Origin: Thermoproteota archaeon
Lineage (GTDB): Archaea; Korarchaeota; Korarchaeia; Korarchaeales; Korarchaeaceae
Assembly (NCBI GenBank): GCA_035319845.1
Contig: JACXSR010000096.1
Span: 1 to 53,080 of the forward strand
Direction: 5' to 3'
DNA length: 53,080 nt
Shown here: piece by piece, positions 18,194-26,186 of the stretch
How the letters are laid out: each line of letters opens with the position of its first letter
Numbering within the stretch: the first letter of the stretch is position 1
Translations under genes and position numbers: made by a program
The notes under the pieces: model-generated
What the model was told of the DNA's origin: nothing
The model's database searches: none
What the model saw: the letters and a program-made list of their open reading frames with translations, nothing else

Positions 18194-18249
18194 CCCTAAT
18201 CACCTTCCCCATAGTTGGGGGATAGGAGGGGGTATTTAACCATCACATA

Positions 18250-18732
18250 TCAGGGAGAATCCTCGAGAGGTGTATCAATAACTTGTTCTTCCCTCGATGG
18301 CAGACCATTTTCTGGGGTTTTGCTAACCCCCTCACTCTCATTCTCCTGAGGCTCTTCAGAGAACCCTTCACCTCCAACCTCGGCGAGATCTTCCGACTTT
18401 AATGGATTGTTTCTATATTTCAGCAAATACGAGCCGACTGCGACAGAGAATATGAAGGTGAGCATACCCTCAGAGGGAAGAAATGGTATGAGAAACAGCC
18501 CCATAACCCCTAGTACCATGTAGAATACCGATAGCAGAAGTATGGCTCGCTCATTACCCTTGAACACGAGAGCAGAGACCAAGATCAGTGATACCGAGGT
18601 AATCACTCCCAGAGAGGAGAGTAAAGGAACGCCTTTGAGGACTTGGATTGAGAGATAGATAATCCCCAGAGCTAAGATTAGTGTCAGTAAGGTGGACAAT
18701 ACGATTCCCGGACGCAATCTCATTTCACGCAC
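18250..18732 (-). CDS. Hypothetical membrane protein (four TM, acidic tail)
   Basis: Hydrophobic segments; overlaps the prs stop. Confidence 0.7.
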   Translation of the reverse strand: MREMRLRPGIVLSTLLTLILALGIIYLSIQVLKGVPLLSSLGVITSVSLILVSALVFKGNERAILLLSVFYMVLGVMGLFLIPFLPSEGMLTFIFSVAVGSYLLKYRNNPLKSEDLAEVGGEGFSEEPQENESEGVSKTPENGLPSREEQVIDTPLEDSP

Positions 18733-19621
18733 CTCGTATTGCCTCGGCTATTGACTCCACCACGGATACCTTAGAGCCTGCCCACTTTATAGTGTCTGTA
18801 GCTACAATGACGTCTGCTCCAGCTCCTAATATTTTATCTACAGCATTAGGCGCGAGGACCGGGTGAACGAAAGCCGATACGACCATTCTAGCCCCCATTC
18901 TCCTCGCCTCCTTGATAGCGTTCGCCATGGTACCTCCAGTGGATACCATATCGTCGACGACGACTACATCCCTTCCCGAGAGATCTATCTCCTTGACATA
19001 GGTCTTTATCTCCCCAGTGGCGACATCTCTCTCCTTCCTGAATGCATCGAATTCTTCCGTCCCGTAATAGTGAGCCAACTCCCTCGCCCAGTGGATGCTC
19101 TCGGTATCAGGCCCCAAGATGAAGGGGTCTTTTAAGGGTAGTTCCTTTATCTTAGCAGCGAGCGCTTTGAAACCGCTCACATTTAAAGCCTTAGCTCTCT
19201 CGAAAAGTTCAGAAAATCCACCGATCCTGTGAAGATGTACCGTAACGCTGACCACCGCATCAGCGCCTGCGGCCTCAAGTAGTTCTCCCACATATTTAGA
19301 GCTCAGAGGCTCTCCTGCTCTGAATATGGCATCTTGTCGGGCGTAAGGAAAGTAAGGAATGACTAATGTGATGAATTTAGCTCCCATATGCTCCCTAAGG
19401 TTTCTCAAGGTGAAAAGGACCTCCATCAAGTATCTATTCGGGGATCCACTGCCCGCATCCATTCTCATAGAGAGAACGACGTCTTCACCCCGAACATCCC
19501 CCAATACCCTAGGACACACCTCTCCATCCGGGAAAACTCTCCTGTCCAAGGGCACTAGATCTGAACCGAGTTTTTCTGAGAGCTTTACGTTAAAATCGTC
19601 ACTGGGGCCCACTAGCAGCAT
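18725..19621 (-). CDS. prs: Ribose-phosphate pyrophosphokinase
   Basis: FPDGE, PYFPYARQD, VDDMVSTGGT; ATG at 19621 avoids overlap with tmk. Confidence 0.93.
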   Translation of the reverse strand: MLLVGPSDDFNVKLSEKLGSDLVPLDRRVFPDGEVCPRVLGDVRGEDVVLSMRMDAGSGSPNRYLMEVLFTLRNLREHMGAKFITLVIPYFPYARQDAIFRAGEPLSSKYVGELLEAAGADAVVSVTVHLHRIGGFSELFERAKALNVSGFKALAAKIKELPLKDPFILGPDTESIHWARELAHYYGTEEFDAFRKERDVATGEIKTYVKEIDLSGRDVVVVDDMVSTGGTMANAIKEARRMGARMVVSAFVHPVLAPNAVDKILGAGADVIVATDTIKWAGSKVSVVESIAEAIRGA

Positions 19622-19673
19622 ATGATCAGGAAACGATGCGAGATTAAAAAGTAGTCGAAAGTGAATCCGCGAG

Positions 19674-20258
19674 ATGCTCATAGCCTTCGAGGGTATTGAT
19701 GGATCCGGTAAAACGACCATCAGTACTAGGGTCAATGAAGAGCTATTGAAGAGGGGGATTAGATCTTACTGGACGACGGAGCCGACCGATGGCCCAATAG
19801 GCGAGATCATACGCGATGTATTAGAGGGGAGGATCAAGGTCGATCACAGGGCGCTGGCCTTGCTCTTTGCCGCTGATAGAATGCAGCATGTGATCCAATT
19901 AAAGGATCTCTTAGATAAGGGATACACGGTCATAAGCGACAGGTACCTCCTATCATCACTAGCATATCAAGGGTGCGACCTTCCCATAGAATGGGTTAGG
20001 GAGATAAATAAGTGGGCATTGTTACCTGATCTAGTGATTTACTTGGATCTAGATCCGGCTATAGCCTTGGAACGCGTTAAAGGGAAACAACTCTTTCATT
20101 CTTTGCATAGACTGAAGGAGATCAGGGCCAATTATCTCAGCCTGATAAGGGAAGAGGAATGGTCTCATAGGACCATCTTGGTGGATGCCAGCAAGGATGT
20201 CGAGAAGGTCTACAAAACAGTTCTTAATATCATCTTGGAGAAGCTCAGGGTGATCTGA
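19674..20258 (+). CDS. tmk: Thymidylate kinase
   Basis: FEGIDGSGKTT, LLFAADR, DRY..SSLAYQ, PDL. Confidence 0.95.
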   Translation: MLIAFEGIDGSGKTTISTRVNEELLKRGIRSYWTTEPTDGPIGEIIRDVLEGRIKVDHRALALLFAADRMQHVIQLKDLLDKGYTVISDRYLLSSLAYQGCDLPIEWVREINKWALLPDLVIYLDLDPAIALERVKGKQLFHSLHRLKEIRANYLSLIREEEWSHRTILVDASKDVEKVYKTVLNIILEKLRVI

Positions 20259-21181
20259 TGCGATTCCTAGCAATCGGAAACGCGAACATAGACGTAACCA
20301 CATTCATAGAGAAGATACCCGATCAGGATGAAGCTATAGATGCTCTCGCAGCAACCATGAGCGCGGGTGGTTCTGCTTCAAATTTCGCCTTAGCCGCCGC
20401 TAGACTAGGGGTTGAGGTATCCGTAATCGCCTCTCTGGGCGACGATCCCCTTGGGAAGATCTATCTGAGGACCATGGAGGAAGGAGGGGTAGATACATCC
20501 CATATCAAAATAGCGGAAGGAAGGAGGACTGGACTCGTCGTAATAATTAACGTTCTAGGGGAAAGCAGGAGGATGATTGAGAGCCCAGGGGCGAATGAGG
20601 AGCTTTCTCCAGTGGATATAGTCGAGAGAAGTGAGCTGATACGATCGGTCGAGGAGGTGCACATGGCCAGTGTCAGAGTCCCCATAGCTAGAGCGGTCTT
20701 GGAGGTGAGAAAGGGGGTATCATGGGACCCCGGAATCAGGATACTTTCGAAGAACAGAGATGAGTGCTGGAAATTACTCAGTGGAGTGGGAAAGATATTC
20801 CTAAACGAGAAGGAGGCTGCAGTCCTTTCAGGGGAGAGAGATCCGGAGACAGCTGCTCGTAAGATAGGTAAGGAGGGTCCAGAAGAGGTTCTGATAAAGA
20901 TGGGACCTAGGGGGTCACTGGCTTGGGTGGAGGGATCCCTATGTCATGTGAAAGCCGTTCCCGTGAATGTAGTCGACACAACTGGGGCAGGAGATGTGTT
21001 CGCGGCCGCTTATCTAACCTCGAGAGCTAAAGGATTCTCCCCAGTCAAATCCATAAGATTAGCCAATTCTGCGGCAGCTCTGACGATTTCGAGACCAGGT
21101 ACGGCCTATGGGCTCCCTGTATGGGACGAGATAGCTGCCATGGAGTTCATCTCGTACGGTAAGGGTGATAATGAGTGCTAA
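20258..21181 (+). CDS. PfkB-family carbohydrate/nucleoside kinase
   Basis: GGS..N, NE.E, DTTGAGD. Confidence 0.9.
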   Translation: MRFLAIGNANIDVTTFIEKIPDQDEAIDALAATMSAGGSASNFALAAARLGVEVSVIASLGDDPLGKIYLRTMEEGGVDTSHIKIAEGRRTGLVVIINVLGESRRMIESPGANEELSPVDIVERSELIRSVEEVHMASVRVPIARAVLEVRKGVSWDPGIRILSKNRDECWKLLSGVGKIFLNEKEAAVLSGERDPETAARKIGKEGPEEVLIKMGPRGSLAWVEGSLCHVKAVPVNVVDTTGAGDVFAAAYLTSRAKGFSPVKSIRLANSAAALTISRPGTAYGLPVWDEIAAMEFISYGKGDNEC

Positions 21182-21232
21182 CACGATAGAAATTCGTAAA
21201 TCTTTTTTAAATATCCTCGTGAGGAGGGCCCG

Positions 21233-22231
21233 ATGGAGGAAGCAGGAAAGACGCCGAAAATAGGCAGGAAAAGTTTACTCCTGCTAATACTTGGCGTGGC
21301 TCTAATGATACCTCTACTCGCTACCTTCGACCTAGGTGAGGCTGTGGACAGCCTCCATTCTATAGGGATAGTTCCGGTAATTCTCTCCTTCCTCTCAATA
21401 CATGTGGGAGTCTTGTTCTACAACTTGGGTTGGTATATCCTACTGGATAGGAGGGCCAGTTTCAAGGATGTATTCCTCATAGGTTGGACGAGCCTGTTCA
21501 TAAACCTACTGATACCGGCCGGATCGGCTACAGGCGAGGTGGCTAGAGCCTATCTGATCAATAAGAAGTCTAGGGTTCCGATGGGGCACGCAGTATCCAC
21601 CATTGTGGCCCACAGGGTGGTCATGATAATCCCCTTCGTGGTCAGCATAGTCTTAGGATTCTCCTACCTTGTGGGATCCTCCGGGGTAGGGCACAGCACA
21701 CTGACCACAATCTTTCTGGCGGTGGGCTTACTGGTGGTGGCCTTCTACTTGATCTACAGGATCAGCATGGACGAGAGCAGCATGCTCCGACTGATATCTT
21801 TCATTGAGCGGAAGTTCCGGAGGGACCTCGGAAGGATAAAGGAGATGGTGAGAGAGTACTCTCGAGCATTCAGGGAGCTGATGAGAAACAGGAGAGCGTT
21901 GACTCTTTCCCTACTTTGCGCATTTCTCAACTGGTTATTCGATATGTTACCGATCTTCATCTACTTCTACGCCCTTGGCTACTGGATAGATCCTCTCATG
22001 GGAATCCTCATATACTCCGTATCCATAATCATGGTCCTAATCCCCATAGGAATTCCCGGGAACACCGGAGTGAGGGAATGGGTGATGACAGGTCTCCTCT
22101 CCGCTATGGGGTTCAGCAAGGGTGATGCGCTCGCTATAACATTAGTCTCCTCTACTATAACGGTGTTCCTTAATGAGCTAGTATTCGGCTTCATAGCCTA
22201 TCTTCTAGTCCTGAAGGGGATATCTGACTAA
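21233..22231 (+). CDS. UPF0104/LPG-synthase TM (flippase-like) membrane protein
   Basis: N.L.P....GEV.R and PG..G..E motifs; multiple TM helices. Confidence 0.85.
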   Translation: MEEAGKTPKIGRKSLLLLILGVALMIPLLATFDLGEAVDSLHSIGIVPVILSFLSIHVGVLFYNLGWYILLDRRASFKDVFLIGWTSLFINLLIPAGSATGEVARAYLINKKSRVPMGHAVSTIVAHRVVMIIPFVVSIVLGFSYLVGSSGVGHSTLTTIFLAVGLLVVAFYLIYRISMDESSMLRLISFIERKFRRDLGRIKEMVREYSRAFRELMRNRRALTLSLLCAFLNWLFDMLPIFIYFYALGYWIDPLMGILIYSVSIIMVLIPIGIPGNTGVREWVMTGLLSAMGFSKGDALAITLVSSTITVFLNELVFGFIAYLLVLKGISD

Positions 22232-22287
22232 TCTCAGTCCTTGAAAGTTTTTCAGTTAAGCTCCCTACACTGTCTGGGTGCCGTATC

Positions 22288-23457
22288 ATGCCTAAGTTTG
22301 CGGAGAGGATGAACTCTTTGGGAGTAGAGGGGGCCTTCATTGTATTGGCTAAGGCTAGAGAACTGGAGAGACAGGGAAAGAACATAATTCACTTGGAGAT
22401 AGGAGAACCAGGTTATCAACCTCCTAAGCATGTGTTAGATGCCACTAAAAAAGCAATAGAAGAGGGAAAAACGAAGTACACACCGGCATCGGGGATATAC
22501 GAGCTTAGGGAGGCTATTGCTGAGAGAGTTTCGAGCAGCAGGGGCGTGGAAGTCAAACCGGAGAATGTAGTCGTGACTGTGGGTGCTAAAATGGCCATAT
22601 TCGCTGCTTTAATGGCATTCATAGATCCAGGCGATGAGGTAATAATCCCTATGCCCGCGTATCCCTCCTACGAGAGCGTGACTAGGTTCGTCGGTGGTGT
22701 GGTCAAGCCGGTGGTGCTTAAAGAGGAAAGGAAGTTCTCACCAGATGTCAACGATATCTTGGAAAAGGTCACGGATAGGACCAAGGCCATAGTGATAAAC
22801 ACACCCAGCAACCCAACGGGGGGCATCTATAAGAGACAAGATCTGGAGGAAATCGTGAATCTCGCCCTCAAGAGGGATATCTTGATAATCTCCGACGAGA
22901 TCTACGAGGATATAATATTCGATGGAGGGAAGCACGAGAGCGTTCTATCCATAGCGGGCGCCGAAGAGATAACGGTTCTAGTGAGCGGTTTCAGCAAGAC
23001 CTGGGCTATGACCGGATACAGGCTTGGCTATGCTGTAGCGAAGGAAGAGGTAGCCCAGAAGATAGCCCAGATTCAACTAAACGCAGCATCCTGTCCGGTC
23101 CATTTTGCTCAAATAGCTGCTGTGGAGGCGATAAGGGGACCTCAAGACGAGGTAGAGATGATGGTCAGGGACTACGAGAGAAAAAGGGACGTCATCTATG
23201 ACGAGATACAGAGGATCGAAGGTTTCTCAATGGTGAAACCTGCTGGGACGTTCTATGCATTCCCGAACATAAGGGGGACTGGGATGTCCTCCGAGGAATT
23301 GGCCGACAGGCTGCTAAATGAAGCTGGAGTTGCATTACTACCGGGAACAGCGTTTGGAGAACCGGGAGAGGGCTTCCTCAGGATATCATTTGCAGGTCCA
23401 ATGGAGGACATAGTCGAGGGGATGAAGAGGATAAGGGAGTTCGTAAACTCCCTGTAA
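22288..23457 (+). CDS. Class I/II PLP-dependent aminotransferase (aspartate aminotransferase-like)
   Basis: IGEP, PSNPTG, SDEIY, SKTWAMTGYRLG. Confidence 0.93.
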   Translation: MPKFAERMNSLGVEGAFIVLAKARELERQGKNIIHLEIGEPGYQPPKHVLDATKKAIEEGKTKYTPASGIYELREAIAERVSSSRGVEVKPENVVVTVGAKMAIFAALMAFIDPGDEVIIPMPAYPSYESVTRFVGGVVKPVVLKEERKFSPDVNDILEKVTDRTKAIVINTPSNPTGGIYKRQDLEEIVNLALKRDILIISDEIYEDIIFDGGKHESVLSIAGAEEITVLVSGFSKTWAMTGYRLGYAVAKEEVAQKIAQIQLNAASCPVHFAQIAAVEAIRGPQDEVEMMVRDYERKRDVIYDEIQRIEGFSMVKPAGTFYAFPNIRGTGMSSEELADRLLNEAGVALLPGTAFGEPGEGFLRISFAGPMEDIVEGMKRIREFVNSL

Positions 23458-23458
23458 C

Positions 23459-23974
23459 CTATAGATTCAATATCTCCACACTTCTTTCTCCTGTTTCTAG
23501 AATAGCAGCGGTCTTTCTACCAGTAAGCTTCCCGCAGGATTCTCCTGGATTGATCACGAGGGTATCTCCCACCTTCTCCACGTGAACTTCATGGGTATGA
23601 CCGTATAACACGAAATCGAACTTCCCGCTCCTTGCTAACTGGATGGCTGAGAGTTTAGTCAACTCCTTCGAGCCGAATCCATGGAATATTAGAGCTTTTT
23701 TCTCACTGAGAGTTATCTCAACTGGTCCTGAATAGTACAACCCGTCGTTTTCCAGAGTTGAAATTGTAGTAAGCGTCTCGGCATCGTTATTTCCCCTGAG
23801 AAGGCGGAAAGGTATGCCTGAATTTATTATGGGGTTCAGCGAGAATGGTGAAATCAGATCTCCCAGATGTATTATCTCATCGACGCTCATCCTCTGGAAG
23901 ATTTCTACAGCTCTCTCTATAGACTCTAGGTCATCATGGGAGTCGGATATTATCCCTACCAGCAAACACACCAC
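23459..23974 (-). CDS. Metallophosphoesterase, YfcE/MJ0936 family
   Basis: SDSHD, HLGD, GNND, HG, GHTH, NPGE. Confidence 0.9.
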   Translation of the reverse strand: MVCLLVGIISDSHDDLESIERAVEIFQRMSVDEIIHLGDLISPFSLNPIINSGIPFRLLRGNNDAETLTTISTLENDGLYYSGPVEITLSEKKALIFHGFGSKELTKLSAIQLARSGKFDFVLYGHTHEVHVEKVGDTLVINPGESCGKLTGRKTAAILETGERSVEILNL

Positions 23975-24736
23975 CTACCCCTGAAACCGGTTTCTCCCAC
24001 TAAAAATTGGCACGGTCTCTAGGGTCCTCCTGATATATTCCAGACCCTCCGGAGATGAGAAGAGGGGCAATTCCCAATCGACGACTATCTCCCTTCTCTC
24101 CACCGGCCCATATTCTGTATCCTTAATTCTAACGGCCTTCTTGACGAGGATACCTCTCCTCTGCCAGGAGGGCACCTTAGCCATATTGATTCCAAGCTTC
24201 CTGAAGATAAGCTCGTGAAGATACTCTGATTTCTTCCCATGCAGCTTTCTGGCAGCGTCTTCCCTAGAAAAGCCCTCTTTCTCAAGAGCAAAGAGTGCAT
24301 AGGAATTCAAAGCATTCCTCCATGCCTCATCCTGTCTCCAGGATAAGTAGCTCACTAGTTCATCCTCGTCTCTGAGGAAAACAACCCTACCGTCAAAGCT
24401 GGCGGTGTACCCTAAAGCGAGAGAGGTCCGCGCTGAAATGAATGAAGATACTATAGAGACGATCTTCTCCACCCTACCATTCCATGGTAGGGGGGGAGCG
24501 AACAAGAGAGATACTTCATCGGAAAATATGTAAGCGAGCACGACCGGAAGATTTCGCTCCATTAGATCCTTGGAGGCCTTGACTAGAGTCCTCGCTAGCC
24601 TCTCATCGTATGGTCTATCAAGCTTCAGTTCCTCAGCTAGTTTTCTGAATCTCCATCCGTCTACCCTCACGATAACAGGCATGTCAACCGGAATTGACAA
24701 CCGAGAGAATATCTCTCTAGACTTCCAATCGATCAT
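23975..24736 (-). CDS. thg1: tRNA(His) guanylyltransferase/Thg1-like 3'-5' polymerase
   Basis: RVDG..F, SDE.S, FDGR, Y..WRQ..A..N. Confidence 0.92.
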   Translation of the reverse strand: MIDWKSREIFSRLSIPVDMPVIVRVDGWRFRKLAEELKLDRPYDERLARTLVKASKDLMERNLPVVLAYIFSDEVSLLFAPPLPWNGRVEKIVSIVSSFISARTSLALGYTASFDGRVVFLRDEDELVSYLSWRQDEAWRNALNSYALFALEKEGFSREDAARKLHGKKSEYLHELIFRKLGINMAKVPSWQRRGILVKKAVRIKDTEYGPVERREIVVDWELPLFSSPEGLEYIRRTLETVPIFSGRNRFQG

Positions 24737-24737
24737 G

Positions 24738-25070
24738 TTACCCGCTCAACCTTGATATCCTCTCAGCTATCTCGAGCACGGCAGATTCAACATCCTCCCT
24801 GTCAGTCTCGAGGGTTATGATCCCCCTAGCCTCAACGATCTCCCTCAGTTCAGCATCGAATTCCTTAGCTATCAGCACCTCACAATCCCTCAAGATCTCC
24901 AGAACGGAGGTGGGTCCCCTCTTGCTTCCCTTTCTAGTGTTCACTCTCATCTCAACCTTGGTGGGGCTTCTCCCTAGGACATCGTATATAGCGAAGAACT
25001 TGGCCTCGTGAAAGGGTCCTTCCTTCAGGGTTTTACCATCATCTGTTGCGACAGCGACTCGGATCGGCAA
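24738..25070 (-). CDS. NifB/NifX (FeMo-co-binding domain) family protein
   Basis: RVAVATDDG.....F..A..F.IYDV, DC.VLI pattern. Confidence 0.75.
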   Translation of the reverse strand: MPIRVAVATDDGKTLKEGPFHEAKFFAIYDVLGRSPTKVEMRVNTRKGSKRGPTSVLEILRDCEVLIAKEFDAELREIVEARGIITLETDREDVESAVLEIAERISRLSG

Positions 25071-25123
25071 ATTATCTCATCCTCCCGGATGGACTATGTT
25101 GAATAAGGAGACACAAGATATAA

Positions 25124-26185
25124 TCATGCCGCCGGAGGATTTGATTGATTCTCTCGAAGGATTCTAGCTAGTGATTCTATAAACCTGCCCATGCGATCGG
25201 AGTCTACAATTAGGGAAGAAAATCCCCTCCCCCCAAATACTGAGCCCTCCATTCCTTCCATCGCGTTTCTGGTTAGAGGAAAGAGGTCAACCCTAGGATC
25301 CCCCACTAAATAGAGTAGCCCCAGAGGAGGATCGTAGAAGTAGGATATAGCGAAAGGGAATCCTCTCTCATGAGCTACAAGTGAGATTACGAATCTCTGA
25401 TAGGGCTCTTGAACCTCCCACCCTGTGAGGCCCCTCGACTCGAAGGTAGGTTCTTCGAGAAGGGATCTAATCTCCTCACGTACTTCAGAGATCTTAGATC
25501 TGATCAAGCTTGCAGTGGCTGAAGTTCCACTCAGGAACCAATCAGGATCATCGAAAGATTCTCTCAGGGCCGAGGCCACTAGATAAACCCAATCTTCCCC
25601 TAGAAAGGAGGCTGCCACCAGCGCCTCTTGAACAGTTTTTATCGCATTTTCGTTCAACAACTCTGGCCAAGATAAGCGCGCTCTTTCTAGCACATCTTCG
25701 CATATGTCTGATGAGCACTCCCCGAAAAATCCGCTGGAAGCCACCCAAGACAGGATATCATTGTTCTCATCTGCCTCTACAGCTATTAGATATACTAACA
25801 AACTTGTAGAAATCCCCGGAAGGTCTAAATTGATTCTGACAGTATTCTCATAACTAAGAAGAGGGGTCGATCCGTGATCAAGCACTATGGTGCTCCTGTA
25901 AAGTTCACTAGAAACTTGAAGGGGTCCTCTCCCGTGAGGAGGAAGATCTAGGAATATAAGGGAGTCACATCTCCCTGAACAGCTCTCTACCACATCTATT
26001 GCATTTTCGGGTGTTGATACAATGAGTTCCGATTCTATTCCACGCTGAGTTAGCATTTCCTCCATGATCACAGAGGAGGAAATGCCGTCTGGGGTAGGGG
26101 GGAATACTACCCCTACCCTGCTTACGCCCGCGAGTCCGGATTCCAGAAGTCTCAAGGCGCTAGCAGCCCACTCAATGAGCTCCAT
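25124..26185 (-). CDS. Degenerate DHH/RecJ-like protein
   Basis: TPDG, FLDL, LDHG and G..GE at the positions of DHH motifs I-IV. Confidence 0.7.
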   Translation of the reverse strand: MELIEWAASALRLLESGLAGVSRVGVVFPPTPDGISSSVIMEEMLTQRGIESELIVSTPENAIDVVESCSGRCDSLIFLDLPPHGRGPLQVSSELYRSTIVLDHGSTPLLSYENTVRINLDLPGISTSLLVYLIAVEADENNDILSWVASSGFFGECSSDICEDVLERARLSWPELLNENAIKTVQEALVAASFLGEDWVYLVASALRESFDDPDWFLSGTSATASLIRSKISEVREEIRSLLEEPTFESRGLTGWEVQEPYQRFVISLVAHERGFPFAISYFYDPPLGLLYLVGDPRVDLFPLTRNAMEGMEGSVFGGRGFSSLIVDSDRMGRFIESLARILRENQSNPPAA

Positions 26186-26186
26186 G

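Noticed and set aside
19622-19735. N-terminal extension of Prs overlapping tmk
   Set aside because: An artefact of longest-ORF calling; ATG 19621 gives a normal protein and a 52-bp divergent promoter region.
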